Below are positions 38,362 through 53,459 of a stretch of DNA of 64,000 bases, piece by piece. The stretch is taken from NCBI RefSeq assembly GCF_000150275.1, contig NW_002060946.1, positions 4,049,454 to 4,113,453 on the forward strand, in the 5' to 3' direction. Numbering within the stretch: position 1 is the stretch's first letter; every line of letters starts with the position of its first letter. Position numbers and translations under genes: made by a program. The notes below the pieces were generated by a model that was not told the DNA's origin, made no database searches, and was given only the letters and a program-made list of their open reading frames with translations. Source of the DNA: Trichoplax adhaerens. Taxonomy: Eukaryota; Animalia; Placozoa.

Positions 38362-39753
38362 TGTAACTTAAGCACTAATTATGGTAATTAAAATTTAATC
38401 TAAAATCTTACAGGGGATTTAAATGAATTACATGGCAGCGAATGTAATTGGAAATGATAAAGTTAAAAAATACGGCAGCCAAGAAACCCATGTAACAATC
38501 AATTACAGTTGTAATGAAAGGAGTACTATAGATTAATTTGATATGATTATAATTATTCTTTATACGGAAATGCTTGTTGTTACTATTTCATAGATCATCC
38601 TATTCCTATGACAAGTATTGTTAATACTGTAGTACAACTATGAACAAACTAGATTATTTACCTGTTGTTAATTATATCTATAACAATACCGATAATGTGA
38701 AATTTCATCGTTTGCTTATCTTGTTTAGTTTTTTTATTATTATTATTCACTATACGTGCCTATATGCTGTATTTCTTCTGCTTCTTAAATAACGTTATTG
38801 AAATTTGGGAGAAAAAATTACATGTTATATTATAAGCACCTGGACTAATCTTAGACAAATTGCTTAATTATGAAATTAACATTGGATATGTAAAGCATAT
38901 TAGTTCATTGCTCGCTCTTCAACAGTGATGTTTATTAAAGCTGTAATTACAAGAAACAATCAATATAACGGTGGGACTGTGCAGAGCCCTAAATGGAAGA
39001 AGTCATTTGTAGTAGCGATAATTAAGCATACAGTTATCATTCCCAGCGAAATAAATAGTATCATTGATGAACAATTAGCTATGGTATGAGTTAGTGTTTT
39101 TTCGTCAGTAATTTAAGAGTTTATAACTAAACTGGCTCAATACAATCCTAATTATAGCTCTATTAATCCAAAATCTTCATGGAATAATATTCAAGTATTT
39201 TGAGTCATTCGTTAACTCGATTTCTTAGCTAATATAAATGCATTCAATGTCCATCAAATAATTTGTATATAACAATAATGATTAACAATAATTGTCAATT
39301 CTAATGCGTATTCTGTTAAGATCTATTAACCAATAAAAACGACATTTCCATATAAATTGAGGTTAATTAAAATTTTGTACCAAAATTTCGTTATGATTGT
39401 ATATTTAGGCAATGATTGAAAAAATTTCAAATACCATTGAATTTTATTTCAATGTTGTAGTAATACAGCATTATGTGCATGAATAATTTTAACCGTTAAA
39501 ATAATAGCTAAAACAAATAAGAATTAAAATATTTATCTATAGAATAGGAAGAAAATTCCAGTTTTTTATAAAATAGAGTTGATTAAAAGCATAAAACAGA
39601 ATTCTTATGATTTTATATTAATAGAAACATTGCCTCCACTGTAGGTTTGATACCTGCCTCCATAAATACTCAGCTACTCGCACATACGCGTATACCATTA
39701 TTTCTATATCAATTTTCTTTAAAAAGTATAAGTAAGTGTTAGGTAAAATTAAT

Positions 39754-42700
39754 TTACATAGCTCGTAATAGAGGTGTTAAATCACTTGGTGCTCGTCCAA
39801 TGAATTGTAAGAATCTTAGGTAGGTACGAAAAAACCATAGTTTAAAGTCATCCAATCTATAAAAAATAATTTAAACAAATTTAAATCAATCCTATACTTA
39901 GAGTAAGTTGCATACTTGGCAAATAAGCAGACTACGGTTAGATCAACAATGAGGTGATAATATATCAAATGAGCATTTGACAAACAATAAACATAGTTAC
40001 AGATACACTCGTATAATAGAAACTTTTTTTTCAGTAATAAAACATGTGATACTATAGCATCCATACATACAATATTCTCCAAATAGAATCACCTGAGTTG
40101 TGCGTTAAACATAAACAATTGATATTGAGATTGTACCATCTGCTTGAGAGATTTATCTTTATTATATGTACTGTTGAGGCCTTCAATTGAACTAAAAGAA
40201 TTCATAACGATTATTTAGACATTCATCCTATTATATACTTTGCAACCAAAAGATCATTATAGTATTAACTATTCATTTCATTATTTTTCCAATAGCCCTA
40301 CCATCGAGCTAGCTCAACATGTCTGTTAACAGGATTGCCATATTCTTGCAAAACGGATCGTATAGTGTTTAGATTTCTACCGGAAGACGAGAATTCGTGA
40401 AATTATTAAAGTAATAACTTAAAAATTTTAATAATTAGCATACCAAATACTACTTCCTTAACAAATATTTTACATTACCTAAAAACTAATAGCATTGAAG
40501 TCGGCATGGCTTTCAATATTGTCATAATTTTGTCAAAGTTATTCTTAGACATATCTCGCATCTTTTTCATGTTTTGCTTGGTTATCTTTGAAATGAAAGA
40601 GATACGGTTGCTTCCTTGTGGTCGATCATACGGCCTCATCATAAGTATTGTAATAAAATTGAGATGGTCTATCCATTCAATACAATAGTAAAAGGTATCA
40701 TAATTATATTAAATTAGGTCGAACTGATTAGAGCGCTTGCTATGTTAAATTGGGTTTATGATTTTATTAGCTAGATTACAGTGGAGTAATACCTTCAACA
40801 CCTAGTGCTAAAGAGTATTTCTTAATGTCTTCTTCGTGGCCTAGAATAGCTGATTTCCAAAGCTGACAAAGGTTCGTTCTGACGCTGGTGTACATATAAG
40901 ATAATGGTGTAGAATCCATTACTGATTAGCTTCATTTTTACAGAATGTCACTCCTTGTACAGATTATTATTATACTGACGTTGGCTCTAATTCTTGATAC
41001 AGTCCATGATCAAGGAGAACAATTTCAGCTTTACGATCAATTCCTTTCCTAATAAATACTTTTAAAAAATATGATGGGCTATTAAGACATTGAAATCATA
41101 GTAGGGAATGATAAACGATTAATAACATGCTTTTGGGCTAACCATTTGCTGGATGAGGATCAGCATGAACAAATCCACTGGAGAAAATTTGCGTACCAAA
41201 TGCTTTAATTAATTTTCTAGAAATCTAAATTTAGATACTTGTGCACTAAGATATGATACCAATCGTAAGGTAAATTTATATATATATACAGTAGAACTTT
41301 GTTAAGATCAATTACGTCTGCGAAATCAAGGCCCATTTGGCGTATTCTATCAAGATCATTCAATTTGACACCATTGATAAATTCAGTTGTTAATATCCTC
41401 TGAAGAAAATGTAAAATTAAAATTATGCTATACCTTACTATTTTTAACGAGAATGATACATAATTATTATAGTTAAAACTGCTACTTGAATGTTGATAAC
41501 TTACTTTACTGCTATACTGCCAATAAACTTGAGGTATGTGAACAAATGGAAGGTGTTTTAATTCTCTAGCTGAACGTTCGCCATTAGCACCTTCAAGCTC
41601 GAAATCTAATTCATTTTCTAGTGTTTTTTCTAGGTCCTGTAAGGTTAGTTCCAAAATAACACCACTAATTAAATATATGTTTACACTAACGAAATTATAA
41701 AATGTCTACTAACTCTAAGGACCCATGAAAATCCAAAGCTGGGATGCATGAATTGTATTGCATTTAATAAGATTCGAATCGTGGTTATATCGCCGCGAAA
41801 TCTATCCCTTAAATCAATATATTGAATCTATAAACGGCAAAATGAATATAAAATGTTTTACCGTGCATTCATGTACAAAGATTTTATATTCAATTACTAT
41901 CAGTCCATTAATTAATTAATTAATTAATTAATTAATAATATTAAAATATCTTTTAACTTGTATGCAAGCTAACAATAGCGTGAACAATCAATTTACCTTG
42001 ACGGCAACTCCTTCTCCTTGATGTGTAATAGCTTTATGAACTTGTGCTAAGCTCGCAGCTGCAATTGGCTTGTCATCAAAACTTGCAAACATTTCAGACG
42101 GTTTCAAATTAAAATCTTCAAGAAACATATCTTCCACCTGCAATTTCAAACACAGAGTACGATATCATTTCTTGGCCGTAAGAGTTAACAATTAATGTAC
42201 TTTATATACACGCCAATAGTAAAGTCATTATGACAATGCTGAGCAGCAAGTGTAGAAAGAAGCAAAGGGATTTCTATTTGATTCTATAACGTGTAAAGAT
42301 GACATGACGCATTCGTAACATTATTTTAGTCGTTTCAAAATAAGTTGAGTGAGAGATTACCTCTTTATAGCCTCTCGTTAATGCCTACAAGCGCAACAGT
42401 AAAAAAAGTCAAACAGATGGGTAATTAGGTACAATGACAAATTCCATGGAAAGTCTATTTTTATGCAAAGTATACTCTTTACAGAGATTCGAAAATTAAT
42501 ATGCCTATTATCTTACTCTATCACGTAGCACTTCAAGAGATTGTAAATATTCCTTTGGAAGGATATGATTCATGGTTGCCAAACCTTGACCTAATTTAAC
42601 GTAAATTCCACCATTGAGGAGAATACCTTCAGTCATGATTTTAGCAGCATATTTGTGGCAATCCTTGATTACAGTCTTATATTCATCGCTATCCTATTTT

Positions 42701-43759
42701 AAAATTAGAAGAAAGAGCATGATTAGAAGAGTAATCTGTACATAGTAACCTGTAGAATTTTTGTGGTGTATTGATATTCGCTTAGTCGATAGTCCGTCTA
42801 TGAAAGCAATTTTTGCATAAATGATATTCCTGTAGGAAATTGTGCTAGGTGCTTGTCTATACCGTAGCCTACTTACAGGATTTAATCCTAATAATTTCCA
42901 CCAGTAATAGACTGATATGGTGAAACCAACAACGATTGATCTACAAAATAAGTCACACCGAAGGATTAGTTTTAATCACCTTATCCAAGAATTCATAAGT
43001 TTGTAATCATAGGTAAGAATGGCAGGCAAATTAGTGCCTATGAATATGCAATAAATTGATGAAATCATGGGACATAAACCGGTTGTTACTCTATTACTAT
43101 CCATATTTTTGTGATGGTGCTATCAGTATGATTAAAAATGACTGAGGCAAAATCTCTATTAATTAATTTACTATCATGATATGATGAAAGACAACGGCAG
43201 AGCATTGTTACAGTTATTCTACTCGTATGTGTTACTGCCATCATAGGTGTGGAAATGAAAGCAAAATCAATCTTGATTTATGAACCGGTCATGGCGATGA
43301 GATAGTATAACACTAAAAGACGTTATTATGTAGAGTAGATTTTGCTTTGACGATTAAGAAATTAAGCATCTTCAAAAAGAGCATATTTTTGCCAATCTAA
43401 CTATATTTAGCTCACCTCCGAAATCGATTAAAGCCTTTCGAAGTGATTAACCACCTGCGCCATTTCCTAGGGTAGAAAATTTTGACTGCTGCAATAGCGC
43501 TAGCGCTGATCGCCAAGCTCGTTAGGAAAGTATATCGAATCCAAGGGATTTTTGCTTGCTTCCTAGGATGTTTGATATTCGCAACAACGTTGGTTGATTT
43601 CATTCGGCTAAAATTTAGACAAGCATAATAGGGCGTTTGAACTTGTCTCCATAATGGCGATTGGCGAGAGATAGACAGGTAGCGAATAGTTGTAGCTGGA
43701 TATGTGAATAATTTACTTGAATTGAAGATGGTTATTTTGGATAGTAATCTGGTCGACAT
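39754..43759 (-). CDS. ADCK5: aarF-domain (UbiB/ABC1) atypical kinase 5
   Basis: Basic, mitochondrial-like presequence MSTRLLSK..., [82 protein letters not shown]; 24-nt microexon ALTRGYKE at about 42361-42384; stop 39756-39754. Confidence 0.9.
41907..41936. repeat. (TTAA)n microsatellite in an ADCK5 intron
   Basis: attaattaattaattaattaattaattaat. Confidence 0.9.
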
Positions 43760-45551
43760 GATCTAGAAATGAATTGGAATCATGTTAATATGTTAGGAAA
43801 TTGGTATTTCTATTGTCATTGATAAGAAAAAAATATAAGCTAAAGTGGTAAGATATTGCATTAGCTAGAGCTCTATCGCGATATCTTGGCACTAGGTCAC
43901 TAGCACAAATTTGATAGTCTATTTCCAGTTGATTGCTATTGTAACTTGCTCCTTATTGGATCATCCTTATTTCCATCGAGTAAAAAAATGTGCTGAGCAG
44001 GTCAAGATGGAGACCTGGCTGCTGATATCAATCGTGTATTCAATTCAATCTGCTCAACTGGTAAAGTATTGCATCCACTAGAATGGAATCGATACTAGCA
44101 CTATAGCACTGGTAGGATAATATATTTTCCAGTGGAATAATAGTGTATGTTATCACTCCTAGGATAACTGTTGATTTCAATTTCTATGCAGAAAATAAGA
44201 AGAGCAAAGATGCAGAGCTAGCTGATGTGATCAGTCCTCCATGCTATGCAAACCCTTACAACTAGTTATACCTCAACTTCTAGCAATCATCATGTTGATA
44301 CACAGTTATTACCTCAAGATCCTAAATCATATGGGCTTTCAGTAAGTCAATTCAATCAGAAAGACCAGGAGAGCTATCAATGGTAAGCAGAAATGGCTAC
44401 TGTTGTCTAGCTAAGTCTCTTTATTTGGCCTTTCCAACGGTTGCCAGTAGAAACAGAAAGTGAGGGATTGTCGTAGATTCTCGTCCATAGTCTACAGTAC
44501 TACCGCTGTCAACTCGGCAAGTACTGTACACTGTACACTGTACAGCACAATGTCTGGTCAATTCGACATGTCGGTCTAACTAGTAGGATAGCTACCCAAA
44601 CTTATGGGGGTTTATATACAATACTGAAATACTCGATAAAGAAGTGTTTCACTATGTCACTTGTGATACTGTAATAGCCACTTTCTATACGAAGCAGTGC
44701 AACGGATCATTAATCGAGTAAAAATAAACAAGGCGGTGACATTGCTGCTCATTTCAATGAAACCGTATATCTGTAATAATACACTATACTAATGGACTTG
44801 ACACTGAAATAAGCTGTAAGGCTAGTTTTGTATAGTACAAGATACTGTTTCAGACTTTCAATACTTAGCAGTATGGTAGAATGACCCCTCAAAACGGCGG
44901 AAATTCTACAAATGGTTATATACTATTTGCAAACACGAAACGGCTACTTTCCGTCCATTTGCCTTTTTAGTTGTCCCCATAGAGATAGAAAGACAAGCTT
45001 TCCTCATGCCTCGATAGTATTTTGCCAGGGATTTTTCTTCTAACAATTGATATACTGTAAGAAAGAGGGAGGGAAGGGAAATGATTCTTCACGTACATCT
45101 CTGCAATGGTGGACGATAGTCGTTCCAATAAGCTGCAGGATTGATTTTTGTATGCGAGCTCCATGGTAGCAATAGAGCTGGCAATAGGCTAGAATTTGGT
45201 TCATTAAGATTGACTCGCAAGTCTGCGACTATCAACGCCAATATTGATAAGTCTACTGAGCTCAGGTATTTGCTTTTTGCGCTAGAATTGGATTTAAAGC
45301 ATATTCATGTCACTAATAGCTAGTATATTTACTGTATAAATGTAGACAATAATACAGCACATCGCAGCAGATTCCATCTCCAACGTCACGGTCTACCTGC
45401 CATCCTATCCATAGAGGTCGAGAGAGAGAGACCCAGGAACCTATCTAAAACGAGTTCTTCCTTACCCTACACACCATTGCGGTGAACAATCAATTGAAAG
45501 AAGAAACTAGCATGTCTATCAGACCAGTACAGTAAATTGGATAGTAGCACT

Positions 45552-48084
45552 ATGACACTAATATATGGCTTTGGTTATAACTTGCATGGACAAGTGGACA
45601 ATGTCTTGGATACCTGTAATACACATATGAGTTATAATCAACCGCTTTTAATGGCAAAGATAGACAAGGATCATCGCATCGTATCCATGACAGCAGGCTG
45701 GTCTGAAAGCGTAATCATCACTCGAGATACAAAAACAGATAGTAAGTCCAATTGTTAAAGATAGACATGTGTATTCAGTGTCGACGTGGGAACCAGGATA
45801 GATAGTCGTGGTTTAATCTCAATCATCTTCATGATGGTCTTATTTTTACTAAATGATAATATTAAGAATGATAATTTCGTATGCTTGAACAGGAACATCT
45901 ACCCAATTATTGGTCTACAGTGTAGTTGTGTCAGCTATGATTGATGAGCATAGATTAACCTTAATCATCTTCATTATACTCTTGTTTAATTTAAAGGATA
46001 ATAATGATTATTTTGCATGCTTGGACTAGAATGCTTACTCAATTATTGCATGACAGTGTAGTTGTGTCAACTATGATGGAAGATCATGGATTAATCATCT
46101 TTATTATGCTCTTGTTTAAATGATACTATTTCGTTTGCTTGGACAGGAACTTCTACTCATGCTTGGGGTAAATCTTGTCATGATCAAATACCAAGGAACG
46201 ATATATTAGCTGCTTCAGGTTCTTGGGATAAACTAATGTTATTATCAACCAAGAAACAATTATTGCTATGTAGTAACTTGGAAGACATAGCGAATACTTT
46301 GAAAGCGATTGAAAATCCTTCAGAACAAACTTATAGGGGTATATCATGCGGAGATTTACATCAGCTAGCAATTACAAGTAGGTAGATCTACACTGTTTTC
46401 AATCCGCTTATCTACATCATCGTACGTTAGATAAACCATTATAGAAATTAAAAAATACTCATTCCATACAAAAGTGAGAGATATGATCTTTTATGATACA
46501 ATGCAAAACCTCATTAATAGTCATAATCATTCAGGTACGCTAGCTATTGTTTTTAGTAGAGTAACACAGCTTGGATACTGTAATCATTGCTGTTTTAATC
46601 CGACCTTAGATACACTGTAATTGTGATCATGATATCCTAGATAAGCCATACATATGTTTTGTAAGACACTCATGAAATGGGGTTTATGATCTTGTAAATC
46701 GACACATAAGTTGATATATGTGGTGAGTCTTTATAAGTACAGTACCATTATAGTAATATCCGTTCTCTTCTTGCATTATAGAAAATACCGTAGACATAGG
46801 AATTGAACGTAGCAACAGCTAATTAACTGTAAATTATAGATAGTGAACAATATTGATGGAGAGTATGTTGCTGTCATAGTATCGAGCTATGCAGGTACAG
46901 TATACATGCTTGACTCCTGTAACTTGTTACTATACTCTTGTATTATAACGATATACTGTCATTGATCTGTAAGTATGTTGCTATCAATGCAGCTATTGTA
47001 GCCTTGGCTGAAAATATTATCAAGGCATAACTTATAGCAAATTATCCTTGATATTTTCTTATTTAGCAGATGAACAAGTTGGCCAAGTCGATAAGAGTAA
47101 TTCTTCATGGTGTTTCAGTTTATTGCCTACATTACAAACAACGCGTGTAAATCTAGTATCATGCGGTAAAGAACATGCATTGATTCTATCTATTACTGGT
47201 GAAGTCTTTAGCTTTGGACGTGGCAGGTGATAAATAATTTGAACTTAAGGTTCAGATAACATTACTACAATTCCACTATTAATTCTAATTATGACTATAT
47301 AGCCGTGGGCAGCTAGGACATGATACTCTAGATAATGAAGGTAATCCTCGAGTTATTGAAGCTTTGCAGGGCCTTCAGTTCAAATTAGTTACTTGTGGAG
47401 GATGGCATTCATTTGCAATTAGCTGTAAGTTGAGATAGAGCAAAAATCATTGATCTAGTTTGGTTAAACTACTATTAGTTGTCTCTGATGCCGTTACTAA
47501 ACATTTTTCACTTAAGCTTCTGGAGATGCTTATTCATGGGGCTGGAATCAATCCTATCAACTTGGTATTGACAGTAATTTAGAAGCCAACGAAGTTGGCA
47601 GTTGTATTGCAACCCCTACATTAATTGAAATTGAAAATGAAAACGTACAAGCAATTAGTGGTGGTAGCAAGCATTCGGCATGTATTACAGGTATCTTGGA
47701 CTCAATCTATTTCTTACAAATTCAGTCTATCCTGAAATAATTGCAAAGTCTGATATACAGCATTGACATACGTATTGAGTAGTAAAGTTATCTCCCTCTT
47801 CACTCTCTAATGCTTTACGATATATAAATATTCTTTTCAGAGAGTGGTAAAGTATACACCTGGGGATGGGGTAGGTCGATCGGAATTATAGTTACTAATT
47901 AATTTCATTTATTTTATCAATCTAATCCTTCTCTATTACTGTACTTGCAGGAAAATATGGTCAGCTAGGGCATAATTGTTATGACAGTGTTAAGGTACCT
48001 CAGCTGGTAACAGCGCTATCTGAGAAGCTAGCATCGACAGTTACCTGTGGTTTCTGGCATACAATTGTATCAGTTTCTGAATGA
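45552..48084 (+). CDS. RCCD1: RCC1-domain-containing protein 1
   Basis: YGFGYNLHGQ, VSCGKEHALILSITGEVFSFGRG, RGQLGH, VTCGGWHS, AYSWGWNQSYQLG, ISGGSKHSAC, VYTWGWGKYGQLGH, VTCGFWHT; stop 48082-48084. The middle exons (~46380-47060) are uncertain. Confidence 0.85.
45810..46160. repeat. Three ~120-135 bp tandem copies of the intron 1/exon 2 acceptor region of RCCD1
   Basis: aatcatctt..ttat...atga..at.tt.g.atgcttg.ac(t)AG-gaac.tctac units with AG at 45891, 46028 and 46145. Confidence 0.8.
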
Positions 48085-49590
48085 ACAGCAAAAATAGTTA
48101 TCTACGTTTGTTTCGGTAAAATAATTCTATAACATATAATCAAATAAATGACCAAGACAGTGTGTAATGCGTTTTGCACTCAAGTCAAAATTATCGTTAA
48201 TTTTACTCTTCTTTGTGAGCGCTTTAACGATTCTGTGTATAATGTACAAATTCATCCACTATTATAGAATTCACAAAAATGCCTTTTATTCTTTTTTATA
48301 TTCATCCACTTTAATATAATTTATAATATTAAAAGTTGTTATAGATTTTATTGTGCACGTAATATCAATTTAAATGAAGAAGCATGTGATGCAATTTATG
48401 TATTAAAATATGTATTATAATTATATAACATGAAAGATGTATACTATAGCATTAATTTTGGCTCTTAGTATTTTAATTTTTACGTGTACAGATATTCTAT
48501 ATCGCGCTGATATAATAATTCTAACTTTTCTTTCATATTCCAAACCGCTTGTGCGTACGTAGATCTGTAAATTATTACTGTCTTTGTCAGCTTCATCGTA
48601 TGTTGACTGCAACAATGGTAGTATCGTAGTATTAAAGTATCGCTATCGCACTAGCTGAAAGAATTGCATCAATTATATTAACTACCTTGTTGTGTTAAAA
48701 GCTACAAATTGTGTTTCTCCTATTAATATCCAAACTTGAAAGCTTTTATATGCACTTCAAGATTTCGAAAGTCCTAGCGATTTAAGAAAATCTGCTTATA
48801 ACTGCACTTGACATGATGTAAATATTGCATCGGGAATATCTTATTATAAACTTTTATTGAAATTTTATAAAAATATCAAGTAAATTAGATTGATGAAATC
48901 TATATACGAGTATACTACACAGGTAATGTTCATCGCTGATAATGGATTAAATATAATGTTCTTGCTGTTTAAATGATTAGTAAAATGATATCCGATATAG
49001 ATTGACAGCTAATTATAGCATAAATAAATATAGCGTAGTAGCAAAAGTAATATCAAGCGCATTACTGTGGGCAGCGAACTCAGTGGAAGATATACAGTAT
49101 TAACATGAAATGTCGATTTACGATTTTCTTTGACCTTAACAACAAATAATAATTAAATAAAGGTATCGTTAGTATAGTGATGCAGACATTAGTATCAACT
49201 TGTATAAGAAATTATAAGATATATGAGTATAAATTAGCGGACGATACACATGAATTACAAATCTAATCGACTACAATTTTTAATATTTGGCATTAATTGG
49301 ACGCTAATTTTCTGTCTCTACATCATTTTGCTTGAAGTCTTTTACGCATTTATGATATATAAATTGCCTGCTACGATGAATAGCTTAATATACTAAAAGC
49401 CAAACGAGAGTAAATTGAGAACGATATCCTTATTTTATAGCATAAGGCAAATAAAACTGTACCACCGTAGACGTTCATGCAATTTTTACGCATATTAGCT
49501 GATATTGTCCGCTAATCGTATACATAGCAATTAGGAAATAGTTAATCAGAAATAATTTTAAGAAAAGTGAAAGCTTCGGACTATGTATCT

Positions 49591-52500
49591 TTACATATCT
49601 GGATTTGTTGCATCAGCATCGGGTGAATTTCTGTTATAGAACAAGGGTGATGTAGTATTCTGTCGTTTATTGAGGTTCGTTTTTTTCTCAGAAGTAAAAA
49701 ATTTTCCGATGAGGTACTGGATGATTTCGCAAAGTGTTATTACACTAGCACCTATGCATAGTCCCAATTGGCCTCCTATCTCACCTAAAAAGGAAAATGT
49801 ATATTTAATATATGTAACTTACGGTACGGTGTGACTTTATAGAATATCAACATATTTATTAAGAATCGTTCAACAATCACTTCATAGATGTTTAAACAAT
49901 CTTGACATAAATAATACTATGGAGGTAATCTACAGACTTAAAACTTTAGAAAATCCGGTATCTTCTTGCTGTTCTGTTTCAGTTACACGTAGATCAGAGT
50001 AATAGATATCTAAGTAAACAATGTTGTCCCTGAAATATGATTTTTTATAGTTAGAATATACCGTGATAAAATATTGGTTATTAGCTTAATGATTATTTCA
50101 AGAATCTGAATTAAACCTGATGAATTCAGATACAGAATACGGCAGACTAGGAGGAATCCAATGCTCATCTTTGGCCTTGCCAAGAATTGTAGATATATTA
50201 ATCACTGAATCTAGAACTCTGCTAAAAGCAAATGTTCCAAGTGATGATTGAGAGATTTCAGTTGGATAGCTATATGTTTCGCAAGCAATCGGGCAAACGG
50301 ATAAATTTTGACTGAGAGACATTCGAGTAACAACTAAAGATGGATCGAAAAGTAAGAGCACGTATTAAAGCACACCGATGTTATTTTACGATGATTAAAA
50401 CTAAAATCCAATTTTCTAATATGCATACATGACGAAGGAATGATACAGGTGAGAAATTTAGCGCCATTACAAGTATTAGTAGCTGCAGATAAAAATAATG
50501 GTACAAAAAAGCAGATGATTATTTCAAGCAAGAATTTTTTAGTAAGAATTTTGAAGCGAATATGGTTGGCAAGTTATTTTAGAATAGCACTGTAATATTA
50601 CTATGAATTAAAATCAACTTGCCCGATAATGGATCTACCTGTCTGGCCTGAACTGGAGCAGTTACACGTTAATCCTGCCAATTCTGACGCATATTCAGTA
50701 AGACAAGCATCACGAGAATAATACGAGTGATCTTTTAGCAACAGCTCTCCACACTCTCCCCACGGCTTCGTTAATCTTTTATCCTGATTAGAAATGATTT
50801 ATAAATAGAAAAGTTAAGTTGAAACTTTTGTAGTGAACACCATAATAGGAATAAATCATAGCAGTTATTTCGCATACTTGAGTAACAGAATGCAAGCATA
50901 ATTATTTCTTGCCTCAAAAAGACTATCTATACAAATTTAATTGCTGTAACTTTCAGGTTATAGCATCGTGGCTTTACAGATAGAAAAGATATTTATTCGT
51001 ATAATTAACAAATCACTTTCTGATATTTTGCAAACTTTCACAGATACAAGAAAGTGTAGACATAGACTATCGTCAAACTTATCCAAGAAAATATTGCAAA
51101 TTTCATGATATTGACTAAACACAAATTTATTCCAATATTAGTACTATTATTATCCGTAACCAATTAGCTCAACTGAAATTACGCAAATTAAAAGTTACTA
51201 CCGCTAATGATAAGAATAATTTATGAAATAGTAGCCGACGCACAATCTTTAAACAGGTATTTCCCGGTTAGCATTATCTTTTGAATGCACTCATAGGCTA
51301 TTCGGAGGAATAGACTGCGATAGACCCCAGAATAATATGGGAAAAAGTTGGACTAGTATTGCAGTAATCGATCACTCTTGTCAATAAGAATTAAAGCTTT
51401 CTTAGGCTTACATGGTGGTTAAGTTGTAAACACAAAGTGTGTTGGACTTTGAAGTAGCATGGGAATGAGTTTAAGTATCTAATTAATTGCTAACTGTAAT
51501 CAATAGAAATATTAACTTTTTGGGCTGTATTACTGTAGATGATCACGATGAGATACACGAATAGTGAAATGTTACTATTCGAATTTGAATTGAAGGCCGC
51601 CGCCAGCAAAAAAATACAACACCCTGAAAAAGATGATTCTGTATACGCTATCGTAAGGTATGGTATAGATTTTTACTTTTAAAAATTTTTTATCCATCAA
51701 ACAGCAATGAATATAGTTGGATACTGTATTTAATGTTTGATAAATGCTTTTTAATGGTTATTTACTTACACGGTGAAGAGTGATTGGAACATAAGTATGG
51801 AAACCAGTCGGAGCATAGTAAGGTTTGGAGATGAAATTGGGTGGCTGCTTATAATAGTTTATGGTAAATCGAATACCAGCATCTGGTGCTTGTGGAGAAA
51901 AAAGTGGGGAGTAATATTTGTATTGTTCAACATTTAAAATGAGCCTTAAACCATTAATATTGCCACTGACAGTCTGATTCTTTAATGGTATAGCATTGGT
52001 GCCTAAAGAATTGTTAAAAGTATGATGATATCAATTTAATCAACTGTCTACTTTAACGCTCTTTTACCTGTATATTGAATTATCATTAAATGCTTGATCT
52101 GTAAATAATTCAAGTTATATCAAAAATACAACTATTTCCATTATTTTGGTTAAATAATAGATAGTATATAAGACTTACTGGATATGGGAAAAGAGTTCAA
52201 AGTATATACTAACATTAATTATAATTATTACAATCGACCTCATTCAAATTATGCTGATCATGATTAACTGGCATACTACAAAGCACAATGTCCTTATGGT
52301 AAAAATATACGAATAACTATTATTACCATTGGGATCTCAAAATGCGTAAAATAGATTATCGTTAAAACAGTACTGGACGATAAAGTACGTATCATGAAAC
52401 AGATTGGAAAACTCTTAAGAAAAAGTCTTTGCATTTACACTTAAACATTATGCTAATTTCCGATGTAAACTTCATTAAATCCTTTCGTGAACTACACCAA

Positions 52501-53459
52501 GTATTCCATGGTTGATCAAATAATTATCTCCTACCGTACTTTTTCAATATTTTACTAGGATTAAATGATGGATAAATTTTCTCTCTATCACTGGTTGTCT
52601 AGGTATTTTTTTTTTTACTGCTTATCACATTAAGGGCTCCCTTTACCAACATGTTTTATCTTTAGTGGCGTTAATGTACAAAAGTTATAAAAGAAAGAAA
52701 GAACCACACAATAAATGCTCTAAATCATGCAAGATATCAAGTTTTGACGCCTATTATAGTACAACTTGTAAAATAATTTAATCATGAGTGTATAATTTTG
52801 TTCTATCATGATCATCGAACAACTTATAATAATTGACGACAAACTACTCTACATCCTATTCATAACGTAATAAATAAATTAAAAAGGGCGACTGATTTAA
52901 TTGAATTCTACTTACCAGGATTAAATGTGAAACAACTACCTCCATTAGAAATGATATTGGTAAAATCGTTGACCGTGCAAGGTTCTCCCATCCATGTGCA
53001 AGAGAGCAACATATTTTTTAATTTATGGCCAGCCATACGAGTATAATTATTAATTTGAAAATCATCACCATGTTTTTGAACGAAGTATTGGATAGCATCG
53101 TCAGCAGCAGAAGCAGGAGTATAGCCATAGATTGCATTGACTATCGATGATAGATGATTTAAATCGTTTGCTGGTAAACCGGTATAATCGAAATCATTCG
53201 TATTACATATCGTCACTGATGGGAAGACGGATGAATTCATTAATCGTTTGCGAATAACCATTCGTGTCGGTAATAAGCTAGCATTATAAATGATGATAAC
53301 ACATTGGCTAATACAAATAGCTGTGGCTAAAATGACTAGGATAATCCAAATTGACTTGGTCTTTTTACTGTTATTACTATCGTAGATATGTGCCACTCCA
53401 TGATAAGACGTTGTGGTGGCAAATCTCTCATCGTGATCGATTTTTCCCTTGGCCATCAT
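49591..53459 (-). CDS. DEG/ENaC (ASIC/BASIC-related) sodium channel subunit, paralog A, 7 exons
   Basis: FATTTSYHG pre-TM1 motif, TM1, FPSVTICNTN, CFTFNPG, NGLRLILNVEQY, APTGFHTYV, KPWGEC, Cys-rich thumb, DIYYSDL, SEIGGQLGLCIGASVITLCEII (GAS filter); stop 49593-49591. Confidence 0.95.

Noticed and set aside
43929-44265. Plus-strand TGC-TGA (CU) frame suggesting a selenoprotein, and an LLDHPYF kinase-like peptide
   Set aside because: No SECIS or family resemblance could be supported, and the region probably lies antisense within the ADCK5 5'UTR intron.
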